Shown in pieces: positions 1 through 9,562 of a DNA stretch of 64,000 bases (positions within the stretch are counted from its first letter, which is position 1; each line of letters starts with the position of its first letter). This DNA is from Gemmatales bacterium. Lineage in GTDB: Bacteria; Planctomycetota; Planctomycetia; Gemmatales; HRBIN36. Below the pieces are notes generated by a model. The model was not told the DNA's origin, made no database searches, and worked only from the letters and a program-made list of their open reading frames with translations. The translations under genes were made by a program, and so were the position numbers. The stretch lies in the NCBI GenBank assembly GCA_041640595.1, contig JBEPZY010000001.1, positions 832,001 to 896,000 of the forward strand, given 5' to 3'.

Positions 1-801
1 GTTCACCCGGCTGCCGGTGGGGCTGCTTACGATTTTCTGTGCCGCGCAGTGGCGGAAGTTCAGACGGGGCATGCGGATGCCATCGTAACAGCTCCGATCA
101 ACAAGGCAGCCCTCGCGGCGGCGGGGCTAACGTATCCGGGACACACCGAGATACTGGCGGAGCTGTGTGGAGTGCAACGGTTCGCCATGATGTTATTCGC
201 ATGTCGGAACCATGATCCCGCTGCACCGGGTGATGGGTTATCCAGCCGGTCAGCGAGCACCGATTGGCAAAGCGAAACCCTCAATGGCTGGGGCGTAGCA
301 CACGTCACACTTCATGTCCGGCTGCGGGATATCTTTGAACGGATTACGACACCGGCCGTACTTGAAAAAACCGAACTGCTCGGCCACCTGCTGCAAAGAC
401 TGCTGCGCCGTCCCCCACGATTGGCCGTTTGTGCTCTCAATCCGCATGCCAGCGATGGCGGATTATTCGGCGATGAAGAAGACAGAATCATTCGGCCGGC
501 GATCGAAGAAGCTCGTCGTCGCGGCTGGGAAGTAACCGGCCCCTGGCCTGCCGACACTCTGTTTCCACGAGCAGCTCGCGGAGAAGTGGACGGCATTGTA
601 GCCATGTATCACGACCAGGGCCATATTCCGTTCAAACTCCTGGCCGGATTCCGAGCCGTTAATGTTACGCTTGGCTTGCCCTTTGTGCGAACCAGCGTGG
701 CGCACGGAACGGGTTATGACATTGCCGGACGGGGCGTGGCGGATGTGACCAGTCTTATCGAAGCCACGCGCGTCGCCGCTCGGTTGGCACAAATCCGTTA
801 G
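1..801 (+). CDS. pdxA: 4-hydroxythreonine-4-phosphate dehydrogenase PdxA (5'-truncated by window edge)
   Basis: Frame is open from base 1 (VHPAAGGAAY...). PdxA motifs TAPINK, PGHTE, LNPHA, AMYHDQG and RTSVAHGT are present. Confidence 0.93.
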   Translation, partial: VHPAAGGAAYDFLCRAVAEVQTGHADAIVTAPINKAALAAAGLTYPGHTEILAELCGVQRFAMMLFACRNHDPAAPGDGLSSRSASTDWQSETLNGWGVAHVTLHVRLRDIFERITTPAVLEKTELLGHLLQRLLRRPPRLAVCALNPHASDGGLFGDEEDRIIRPAIEEARRRGWEVTGPWPADTLFPRAARGEVDGIVAMYHDQGHIPFKLLAGFRAVNVTLGLPFVRTSVAHGTGYDIAGRGVADVTSLIEATRVAARLAQIR

Positions 802-813
802 TGGAACCGCGTT

Positions 814-2202
814 TCACAAAAGGGCCGTGATCGGCTGCCCTTGCACCAGATGATACGGACGTCCCTGGGCGTCGTATATCAGCGTTTCCGGGTCCAATCC
901 AAGCAAATGGTAAATCGTGGCAAACAAGTCTTGCGGCGTAACTGGTTGGGAAGTGGGAAATGCTCCGATGCGGTCGGAAGCTCCGTACACCACTCCGCCC
1001 GGCAAGCCGCCTCCGGCCAGGACCACGCTAAAACACTGCGGCCAGTGATCGCGGCCAGCATTGCTGTTGAATCGCGGCGTGCGACCAAATTCTCCCATCA
1101 CCACGACCATCGTCTCTTGCAACAATCCTCGTGCCTCGAGGTCCTCCAGCAAAGAAGCCAGGGCCGCATCGGTGGGCGGAAACAGTTCCTTTTCGCACCA
1201 GGCCAGGTGGTCGCGATGACTGTCGTATCCCTGGCCACCCTTGCCGTTGTCGTGACGCACCCAATTAACCTGCACAAGCCGCACTCCCGCTTCAATGAGC
1301 CGACGAGCGAGCAATACTGATTGACCAAACGTATGCCGACCATAGCGATCCCGGTCTCGCTCTGGTTCCTTCGTGATATCGAAAGCTGCCTGGGCTGTGG
1401 GCGACGACAGCAAGTCGAATGCCTGCTTCAGATAGGGATCAATTGCCGACACGCTTTCCGCCTTCTCCAAGGCCTGGCTTTGCTGATTGACCACTTTCAA
1501 AATTGAGCGGCGAGTTTCCAATCGCTCCAGGTTCAGATCGTCGGGCAGCCTGAGTTCTCCGGGGCAATAATCAGGCAAGTTCGGATCCCTCTCGACCCGG
1601 TAAGGGTCATACGCTGCTCCCAGAAAACCAGCGTGCTGTCCAGGTCGCGGTGGCCCGACGGGGGAAATAAGCTCGGGTACGGTTACGTAAGCCGGCAGTC
1701 CGGCCCGTCGAGGACCCAGAAAACGGGCGAGCACCGAACCAAGGTGGGGTCTATCCTCCCGGCTGAGCGTTACCGATTGCGGAGCGGGGCGATTGATCGG
1801 GTTGCCCGTCATCATCCAGTACGATGCAGCGGGATGATTGCCCGTGGTGTGATGGACGGAGCGAATCACCACCAATTTGTCCGCCAGCTTAGCTGTACGG
1901 GGAAAATGCTCGCAAACCTGCAATCCCGGAACTCTGGTGCGGATCGGACGAAACGTGCCGCGTATTTCCTCCGGTGCCTCCGGTTTCATGTCGAAAGTGT
2001 CCAGATGCGATGGCCCGCCGGAAAGAAAAAGGACAATCACGGCTCGCGCTTTGGCAAACCGTTTCTGGGCACCCATGACCTGGTTTCGCAATAATCCCGG
2101 CAAACTCAGCCCCAAAGCGCTTGAGGCACCAATCTGCAAAACCTCCCGGCGAGACCACCCATCGCAAAAGCGTACCCCGCGCGGACTTACCAAACGCAGC
2201 AT
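814..2202 (-). CDS. DUF1501 domain-containing protein (Tat-like N-terminus)
   Basis: Motifs SRREVLQIG, LFLSGGPSHLDTFDMKP, GEFGRTP and GRDHWP. ATG at 2202 is preceded by AAGGAG. Confidence 0.9.
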   Translation of the reverse strand: MLRLVSPRGVRFCDGWSRREVLQIGASSALGLSLPGLLRNQVMGAQKRFAKARAVIVLFLSGGPSHLDTFDMKPEAPEEIRGTFRPIRTRVPGLQVCEHFPRTAKLADKLVVIRSVHHTTGNHPAASYWMMTGNPINRPAPQSVTLSREDRPHLGSVLARFLGPRRAGLPAYVTVPELISPVGPPRPGQHAGFLGAAYDPYRVERDPNLPDYCPGELRLPDDLNLERLETRRSILKVVNQQSQALEKAESVSAIDPYLKQAFDLLSSPTAQAAFDITKEPERDRDRYGRHTFGQSVLLARRLIEAGVRLVQVNWVRHDNGKGGQGYDSHRDHLAWCEKELFPPTDAALASLLEDLEARGLLQETMVVVMGEFGRTPRFNSNAGRDHWPQCFSVVLAGGGLPGGVVYGASDRIGAFPTSQPVTPQDLFATIYHLLGLDPETLIYDAQGRPYHLVQGQPITALL

Positions 2203-2222
2203 GGCAGGCTCCTTCTGGCAGG

Positions 2223-2250
2223 GGTTCGGCACTGGCTTACGTGCCGAACC
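2223..2250. promoter_or_regulatory. Perfect 10-bp inverted repeat just upstream of the DUF1501 RBS
   Basis: ggttcggcac-tggcttac-gtgccgaacc. Confidence 0.45.
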
Positions 2251-2602
2251 ACATCAAAGGCAGGGCCGATTGAAGCAAGCTAAAAAGCGGTTCGAGCAAG
2301 CATGGTCAGCTTTCGCTTCCCCTGCACATCCCTTTGCGCTCGAGGCTCCTGAAGAGTTATGCTACAGGACAACCAACTGCCAGGCAACCGGCATTTTCCA
2401 ATGCGAGAACAACCGAAGTGAAGAACTTTCTTACATTGGTCGCACGAGATTCGGCCGCGGGAAAATTGGAGACCGTAGCAAGTTTGCTGTCAGCCCAAGC
2501 AGCTAATGACCGGCGGTAGTATGGGCTGATCATTTTGGAAAACCGGCTGGCCGAGCGCGTGCCCTTTTGCTGACTATCACCGGCGCTTGCCACAGTTCTG
2601 TT

Positions 2603-4075
2603 TCACCTGTCGCTGCGCTTTCCAGCTGGGTCCGGAGGTAATTTTTGCGTAACCGCTCTGGTTAAATCGCCCAGGCTAAGGGGCCGTCGCAAAACGTGCA
2701 CCATCGGTTCGCTTTGCAATTGCTCCGCGAGATCGTTCTGAGTTTCCGACACAATGGCGTAGGCGGCAACGGACAGGTTTTTTTCGTGGGCACGACGAAT
2801 CAGCTTTTGCAAAACCTCCGCCCCTTCTTCTCCGACGCTGCCAACATCCACGATCACGCCGGCATAAGGCTGCTGCTCGAACCGTTCTAACGCCCGCTCG
2901 GGCATGGTTGACAGTAACACGCGGTAACCGAGCTTTTTCAGCTTATCGCGAATAAGCTCCTGCAGACGCTCATTCCGCTCCACGACAAAGACGGTGACCG
3001 TGGGCGTAGAGTTGCTGGCTATTTCCGCGCGATTTCCCAGGGTTTGCCCGAGCTGGGCTCGCACCTGGCGAATCTGTTCGAGCAATTGCTGGGGTGTTTG
3101 AGGACGCAGGTTCGGGTCGAGAGCCATCATGGAACGCACCAGATGCACCACCGGTAAGAAACCCTGTACTTCCTCCGGACGCAGTTGCGGAATAGCCAGA
3201 AAGCGTTCCCTGCTGCCACGAAACTGACGGTCGCGGGTCGGCTGCAATGCCGGTCGTCCGGTCAACATCTCGTACGCTATGCAGCCCAAAAAGAAGATGT
3301 CGCTTCTGGTGTCATTCGGCGGAGCGTTGGTAGCTTTTTCCAGACCCGCGTAGTCCAGGGTGCGTTCCACCTGAACGCGTTCCTCTTCGTCCAGAATACT
3401 TTCATCGAAGCGGAAAATCTGGGCCAGACCGAAATCTACGAGCTTTGCCGTACCCTGTGCGGATAACAGCACGTTGCTGGGTTTGAGGTCGCGATGGGTA
3501 ATCCCGCGCGAAAATGCATACGCAAGACCCGACGCCATATCTTCCAGTAACCGCAAAGTTTCCCCTACTTCAAAACGTTTGCGAATCGTCAGCAGGTCTC
3601 GCAAATTGCCGCCTTCAACGAATTCCATGACCATGAAATGCTGATCCGTCGCCTTATCGTGATCCACCATCAGGGTCTGGACAATGTTGGGATGCTTGAG
3701 CGACATGCCGAGACATGCCTCGCGGACGAACAGTTCCACAACATGTTTGTCCTCCGCCCAGCGGCGTCGTAAAACCTTGATGGCGACGGGTTGCCCGTTG
3801 CTGGGGTCTTCGGCACGGTAAACGCGGCCAAACGTACCCGATGCGATCTTATACTTCAGCACATAGCCGCCGAGGAAGTAACCGATCTTGTCTCCGTGCC
3901 GCAACTTCTCGATTTGGAGGGCGGTCAACAAGCCCCGCCGTTCCAGCGCGCGCAAAAGGTCTTCCGCACTACTATCGGAGGGGAGTTCGTGGAGAACTTC
4001 CTCCATCGTTGCCGGCTTTACCAAACCGAGTGTTTGGACTCGCTGGACTAGGTTGCTCAGAGTGAGTTCCTGCAT
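2603..4075 (-). CDS. Hanks-type Ser/Thr protein kinase with C-terminal receiver-like domain
   Basis: Kinase motifs IASGTFGRVY, VAIKVL, HRDLKPSN and DFG. The C-terminal VFVVE...LGYRV...VIVD...RRPLS segment resembles a REC fold. Start 4075 (ATG) chosen over 4126. Confidence 0.88.
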   Translation of the reverse strand: MQELTLSNLVQRVQTLGLVKPATMEEVLHELPSDSSAEDLLRALERRGLLTALQIEKLRHGDKIGYFLGGYVLKYKIASGTFGRVYRAEDPSNGQPVAIKVLRRRWAEDKHVVELFVREACLGMSLKHPNIVQTLMVDHDKATDQHFMVMEFVEGGNLRDLLTIRKRFEVGETLRLLEDMASGLAYAFSRGITHRDLKPSNVLLSAQGTAKLVDFGLAQIFRFDESILDEEERVQVERTLDYAGLEKATNAPPNDTRSDIFFLGCIAYEMLTGRPALQPTRDRQFRGSRERFLAIPQLRPEEVQGFLPVVHLVRSMMALDPNLRPQTPQQLLEQIRQVRAQLGQTLGNRAEIASNSTPTVTVFVVERNERLQELIRDKLKKLGYRVLLSTMPERALERFEQQPYAGVIVDVGSVGEEGAEVLQKLIRRAHEKNLSVAAYAIVSETQNDLAEQLQSEPMVHVLRRPLSLGDLTRAVTQKLPPDPAGKRSDR

Positions 4076-4322
4076 GGCTCGATGCGTCGTCAGATCGTCC
4101 GAATCCTTGGTGTTTGGAAGCTGCAATCGTTTGTCCCGGCCAGCGAGTCGTTCCCCCTCAGGATTATACCATCGCGGAACTTCTCAAGCTAGCCGACCCT
4201 TGTTTCGCCTGCCGCACTGAGTAATGTAAAAATCTGGCCAGGTTGGCCTGTTTTTGTCCAGGCGGCGTAAAAATATATAAGGCCATTTTCCTCTCTCCGG
4301 CTTCCTCGATGAGGATAAGTCC

Positions 4323-5276
4323 ATGGCGATGATCGAAGTGCGCAATTTGACAAAATACTTCGGCCAGGTGCTGGCGGTCGATCACATTACCTTCAGCGTA
4401 GATAAGGGCGAAATTGTCGGTTTCCTTGGACCCAACGGAGCAGGCAAAACGACAACGATGCGGATTCTGACCACCTATCTATCGGCCAGCAGCGGGTCGG
4501 CCAAAGTAGCTGGGTACGATGTTATGCAGCAGTCCCGCGAGGTTCGCCAGCACCTCGGCTATTTGCCGGAACAGGTGCCGCTCTACAACGAAATGCGGGT
4601 TGAGGAATACCTCCATTTCCGTGCGCGTTTGAAGCAGGTAGATCGCCGAATGCGTACCAAACGCGTCGAATATGTTTTAGAGCGATGCCGCATTTTGCCG
4701 GTGCGACGGCGTTTGATTGGCACGCTGTCACGCGGTTATCGCCAGCGTGTGGGTCTGGCTGACGCACTGGTTCACGATCCGCCCATCCTGATCCTGGACG
4801 AACCAACCTCCGGACTCGACCCCGGACAACAGCAGGAAACACTCAATTTGATTCGCGAGCTCGGTCAGGACCACACCGTGCTGCTTTCCACCCATATTTT
4901 GCCGGAAGTAGAGGAAGTGTGTCAGCGGGTGATCATCATCAACCAGGGGCGAATCGCGTTGCAGGACCGTCTGAGTTCGCTTCAGCGTGATAGCCACATT
5001 GTTCTGGAAGTCAAAGCTCCCGCCGAGGAAGCGCAGCGCCTCCTGCAAAGTATTGATGGCGTCCGCAGAGTGCATGCGGTGCCCACTGAAGATGGTGCGG
5101 ACGGCATTTGCGGCTTCCACCTCGAAACGGTGGACAACCGGGACCTGCGATTGGCGATTGCCGAACGCCTGCTCCAGCAGCGCTGGCCTATCCGCCGTCT
5201 TGACCTGCGGCGGCGGTCGCTGCGTGATTTGTTTATCCAGGTAACCGCCGGTCGCACTCAAACCTACGCCGCCTAG
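4323..5276 (+). CDS. ABC transporter ATP-binding protein (GldA-like)
   Basis: Walker A GPNGAGKTT, signature LSRGYRQRVGLA, Walker B ILDEPT, H-loop STHILPEV. Confidence 0.93.
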   Translation: MAMIEVRNLTKYFGQVLAVDHITFSVDKGEIVGFLGPNGAGKTTTMRILTTYLSASSGSAKVAGYDVMQQSREVRQHLGYLPEQVPLYNEMRVEEYLHFRARLKQVDRRMRTKRVEYVLERCRILPVRRRLIGTLSRGYRQRVGLADALVHDPPILILDEPTSGLDPGQQQETLNLIRELGQDHTVLLSTHILPEVEEVCQRVIIINQGRIALQDRLSSLQRDSHIVLEVKAPAEEAQRLLQSIDGVRRVHAVPTEDGADGICGFHLETVDNRDLRLAIAERLLQQRWPIRRLDLRRRSLRDLFIQVTAGRTQTYAA

Positions 5277-5306
5277 CTCACGGGGTATCTCTCGGAGGTG
5301 ACGCCG

Positions 5307-7289
5307 ATGCCTCAACTGGCTGCCGACAAAATTCGAAAGCAAACCGAGGAAGAACTTTTCGGCCCCTCGCGACTGCAAGAGGAAGCTCCTCACTTCGCCC
5401 GCAGCGTGGGCATCTTTGGACTGTTCGTCCTGCTAGCCAGCGCTGTTATGGCCGGTTGGAATGCCATTCGCCTGATCATCGGGGGCGAATCCAGTCAACT
5501 TCCTTTCTTCGGCCGCGGCTGGATAAACTTCTGGGTCACGGCCGGTTCTGCAATGCTCTACTTCCATGCCGCTTTTGATCGAGCCCTTGAAATCCGACGC
5601 AGTTATATGACCCTCGCCTGGCTGGCTCTGGTAAGCGGTGCTCTCGCCGGGTTTATCTGGGTCATCCACGGCTTATGGGGTACGGTAGCCGCTATCGTCG
5701 TCAGTATCCTTGCCGGTCTGATGACACTCGCCGTGACCGTTTCACCGTGGGTTGTGGCGTCCGACCAGGGGTCGGAATCGAACCAGGTTGACGGCGGAGA
5801 GCGAGTTCGAGAAACCATGAACGATTCGACCGCCGAAGCTGCCTCCCCTTCTGCCCCGCCGGTAAACTGGTTTTTCTCCCGCCTGAGCCAACTCGGCTCT
5901 TTCCTGGTTCGCTGGAACAGCCTAATCGGAACAGACGTAGCGGTAACACGAATTACCTTTGCTGCCGCTGTCCTGATAGCTCTGGCCATCATCGTCCCGG
6001 CTCTCCTGGTCGTCCGTTTCCAGTGGAGTGCACTGCCTTCAGTGAGTCTGCTCTCTATGTTGGCCGGGACAGTTTTTTTGATTACTGCCGCTAAGCACGA
6101 AAGAGAGTGGACCTGGCGGCAAGCCGCGGCATACTTGCTGGCGCTAGCGAATTTCGGAGCGACCGTAGTGTTACTGGGCTTCGTGATTCGCGATCTCGTT
6201 CAGACTAACGATCCCGGTATAGTGGCTCCCGCGGGGTTAGTGGCGGGACTGCTGGGGCTGGTATTTTTCCTGGGCCAGGTTAACCTGAGCGGCACCGATG
6301 ACGATTTGAGTTATTATGCTGCCATCGTCTGTTTGTGCCTGACAGGCGCGCTCGTAGCCCTCCTAAGCATTATTCGTAGTTCGTTGCCGCCACTATCCGT
6401 TTACTTGAGCGACACCTGGCGTCCCAGCCCGTACTTCATTCCTAACGGCTTATTATTAGTGATACTTTCAGCCTTGCAAATCATTACCGGACTGGTGACG
6501 GTGTCGAATAACCAGTTGGTAGCCATCTTTCGCCGCGAGCTATTAGCCTACTTCTACACTCCGGCAGCTTATTTAGTCCTGGCAGCTATCGCTTTGCTGG
6601 CTGCCTTTCAGTACTTGGTTTGGATGAGCATTCTGTTAGCAGGAGCTTCCGACCCGGGCTTGCGTGATGTTTTCACCGAACCGGTGATTCGCTGGTACTT
6701 CTATCAGATTCTGCCGGTTTTTGCCTTGCTGGCCATTCCCCCGTTCGTAACGATGCGATTATTTAGTGAGGAAAAGCGCACCGGTACGCTGGAAGTTTTA
6801 TTAGCCGCTCCGGTGAGCGAAACCACGGTGGTGTTGGGTAAATTTTTAGGAGCCTGGGCTTTCTTCCTGGTCGCTTGGGGGATGTGGTTTGTGTTCCCGC
6901 TGATCTTTCGTTTTCTGATGGGACAGCCATTTGACTATAACCCGATGCTTAGTTTTTATGTAGGAACCGGCTTTATGGCGTTATCGTTCATTGCCATCGG
7001 GGTATTTTTCTCGGCGCTGACGGAAAACCAGGTAATCGCGGCGGTGTTGAGTTATGCCGGCGTCTTCGCCATGTTTTTCCCACAATTGCTACACTGGATT
7101 TTCACCTCGGTCCGTGGCGGCGCAGGGGGATGGATAGCCAACGTAATTCGGGAAATAGCGATTCTTCAACAATACGATAACTTCCTCGAGGGACGTATGT
7201 ACTTGCAACATTTGCTCTATCACGTCAGCATCGCGGTGCTTTTCGTATTTCTGACGGTGAGAATCCTTGAATCGCGCAAATGGAAGTAA
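5307..7289 (+). CDS. ABC-2 permease (GldF-like) with long N-terminal multi-TM extension
   Basis: C-terminal ~250 aa contains FRRELLAYFYTP, TMRLFSEEKRTGTLEVL and SALTENQVIAA. About 400 extra, largely hydrophobic, residues at the N-terminus. GGAGG upstream; start may be 5298. Confidence 0.85.
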   Translation: MPQLAADKIRKQTEEELFGPSRLQEEAPHFARSVGIFGLFVLLASAVMAGWNAIRLIIGGESSQLPFFGRGWINFWVTAGSAMLYFHAAFDRALEIRRSYMTLAWLALVSGALAGFIWVIHGLWGTVAAIVVSILAGLMTLAVTVSPWVVASDQGSESNQVDGGERVRETMNDSTAEAASPSAPPVNWFFSRLSQLGSFLVRWNSLIGTDVAVTRITFAAAVLIALAIIVPALLVVRFQWSALPSVSLLSMLAGTVFLITAAKHEREWTWRQAAAYLLALANFGATVVLLGFVIRDLVQTNDPGIVAPAGLVAGLLGLVFFLGQVNLSGTDDDLSYYAAIVCLCLTGALVALLSIIRSSLPPLSVYLSDTWRPSPYFIPNGLLLVILSALQIITGLVTVSNNQLVAIFRRELLAYFYTPAAYLVLAAIALLAAFQYLVWMSILLAGASDPGLRDVFTEPVIRWYFYQILPVFALLAIPPFVTMRLFSEEKRTGTLEVLLAAPVSETTVVLGKFLGAWAFFLVAWGMWFVFPLIFRFLMGQPFDYNPMLSFYVGTGFMALSFIAIGVFFSALTENQVIAAVLSYAGVFAMFFPQLLHWIFTSVRGGAGGWIANVIREIAILQQYDNFLEGRMYLQHLLYHVSIAVLFVFLTVRILESRKWK

Positions 7290-7308
7290 ACAAGGAGGCA
7301 ACGATACT

Positions 7309-9498
7309 ATGTCGAGCAATGCACCCTGGATCGGTCGCCAAGAGCAACGCTGGAGGCCTGCATTGCTGTTGATGATGTTCGCCGCTGTTATAGCCCTGGT
7401 GGCGACGGTTTGGCTTGCATTCAAAATCTACCAGGCCACTGGGCAGCAGCAACCGAGGTTCCCCTATGTCCCCTGGTTGGCTTTCAGTATCGCCAGCCTT
7501 GTTATTTCTGTTGGGACGGCACTAAGCCTGTGGCTTAGTCATAAGTATGCAGAATCGGAGCAAACCCTGGCGAGTGCGGAAAAAGCGAATTTTCTCGGCT
7601 GGCTAGCCCTGGAGGCATTTGTTGTCGCAGCTGCCCTCGGATTGGCGCCAGTAATTTTGGAATACTCCCTTAGCCCAGTGGACAACTGGTTCACTCGCGT
7701 CAATCGCGGACTCCAGGCCTGGCGAGAATGGCCTACCTGGAAGCCTATCGTTTTTACCGTAGGCGGCTTGCTGGGAATGATGTTGGCATTTAGCTTCATG
7801 GTAAACGAAGCCCGCGAAAATCCCTTCGTCCGCCGACTTATCTACGGCTATAACACATTTGTCAGCGCAGTCCTGTTGCTTGGTATCTTGATTGTTGTCA
7901 ACGGCATCGCCTTTGCTTATGGAACGCGACCGTTTGACTGGACTTCTACAGGCACCTATACGGTACACGAAAGGATGCAAAATCTTCTCCGCCGGCTCGA
8001 TAAGCCCGTACATGTCTATGTGCTCATCGACCCTGAGGATAGTCTTTATCCTGAGATGCGAAATTACTTAGACCTTTGCCAGACCTATAATCGGGAAAAG
8101 TTCCGTGTTCATTATCCCTTTCTGCGCGGAACCCGTGAATTGCTGCAACAGTTATTCCAGCGTTATCGCGTGTCTTTTGATCAGGCGGGTATCCTGGTGG
8201 TGTATGACCCCGATGATCGAAATGCTTATCAATTCATTCGCCGGGACGACTTGCGTTCTGAAAGCCGATTCGGTCGCGAACCTCCTGTGTTTAAGGGAGA
8301 AAGCTCACTGGCTTCAGCTTTAGTTACGCTTATGCAAGGTCCTGAAAAACCTGCGATTTACTTTACTACCGGTGCCGGGGAAATGACGCCTGGTCACGCC
8401 GATAAAAACCGTAACTTGCTCAGGCTGAAAGATCGATTGGAACAGCAAGGTTACCGTGTAAAAGAAGTGGACTTGACCAAGCGAGATGCTTCTGGTGGTC
8501 CAGCAACAGAAGTTTTACAGGCGCTCTTAGAAGCCGAGGTGCTGATCGTTGCCGACTCACTTAGCGCACCGCCGGGATATGTTGAAATGTTGAAACTGTA
8601 CATGGGCAGTCCGGCACCACTGGGACTGCCGCAAAGTTTAGGACTGGTGAGCGCTGCCCTTCAGGGGCCCTTATTTCTGTTCGATCCCTCGGCAATGGAC
8701 TGGTTCATGATCCAGCAAGTTCGCCGTGGGAAGGGGCGTTTGATGGTGTTTACAGGTGCACATCTAGAAAATAGAGCGCCCACTGCTTGTCCACTAGAAG
8801 CGATGCTCAAAGATTATGGCGTCTCGGTAGGTCGGGATGTCGTGTTTTCGCTGGTGCGTGGGCAAATGCTCAACGCATTTGTACGCATCAATCCGCGAGC
8901 AGATGAACGCCTGCGAGCCGGTTTATCTCCCAGTCAATTAGAGACGGTATTTGCAATCCCGTTGTGCCGCAGCCTTGATTCTGGCCAGGGCGGTGACTAT
9001 GTAGTTACGCCCTTGCTTCAAACAGCCGTTCCCATTTATTTACTGCAAGACCGGCTTCTGGCCGACGATCTGGAAGAACATCTCCTGGAGCATCGGGATA
9101 GAGATCCTGAAGGCTTCAAACAACGCATCAAGAACCCGCCGCAAACCGTGGCCGTGACCGTGCGGGAGCGATCCTCCCGTGTGCCGCGGGATCCGTTTCA
9201 TGCCGGTGTAGCTGGGGAGGGAACGCCCCGACTGGTCGTTTTTGGCAGTGCCGGGCTGGCAATCCTGGCTGGCCTCGAGGACTTTCATTTCAACCTCATC
9301 GCTTCTTCATTAGCCTGGCTAAGAGATCGCCCGGAATTGATAGATGTCGGAATTCCCCCGCGCGACAAAAAATCGTTTGAGCCTGGTCCTAATTTCCAGC
9401 AATATTCCTTGCTTAGCTTTATGGTTCAGGGTCTGATGGTATTCGCGCTGGTCATAGTCAGCGGCATCGGCGTCTATTTAGTTCGCCGACATCAGTGA
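7309..9498 (+). CDS. GldG-family ABC auxiliary component
   Basis: N-terminal TMs, FDWTSTGTYTV, IYFTTGAGE, RLVVFGS and a C-terminal TM ending in RR. GGAGG RBS before ATG 7309. Confidence 0.82.
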   Translation: MSSNAPWIGRQEQRWRPALLLMMFAAVIALVATVWLAFKIYQATGQQQPRFPYVPWLAFSIASLVISVGTALSLWLSHKYAESEQTLASAEKANFLGWLALEAFVVAAALGLAPVILEYSLSPVDNWFTRVNRGLQAWREWPTWKPIVFTVGGLLGMMLAFSFMVNEARENPFVRRLIYGYNTFVSAVLLLGILIVVNGIAFAYGTRPFDWTSTGTYTVHERMQNLLRRLDKPVHVYVLIDPEDSLYPEMRNYLDLCQTYNREKFRVHYPFLRGTRELLQQLFQRYRVSFDQAGILVVYDPDDRNAYQFIRRDDLRSESRFGREPPVFKGESSLASALVTLMQGPEKPAIYFTTGAGEMTPGHADKNRNLLRLKDRLEQQGYRVKEVDLTKRDASGGPATEVLQALLEAEVLIVADSLSAPPGYVEMLKLYMGSPAPLGLPQSLGLVSAALQGPLFLFDPSAMDWFMIQQVRRGKGRLMVFTGAHLENRAPTACPLEAMLKDYGVSVGRDVVFSLVRGQMLNAFVRINPRADERLRAGLSPSQLETVFAIPLCRSLDSGQGGDYVVTPLLQTAVPIYLLQDRLLADDLEEHLLEHRDRDPEGFKQRIKNPPQTVAVTVRERSSRVPRDPFHAGVAGEGTPRLVVFGSAGLAILAGLEDFHFNLIASSLAWLRDRPELIDVGIPPRDKKSFEPGPNFQQYSLLSFMVQGLMVFALVIVSGIGVYLVRRHQ

Positions 9499-9562
9499 AA
9501 ACTTAGCCAACAATTAGTGGGAACAATTTAATAGCGGAAACCATCAGAGGGGACCTGCCACC

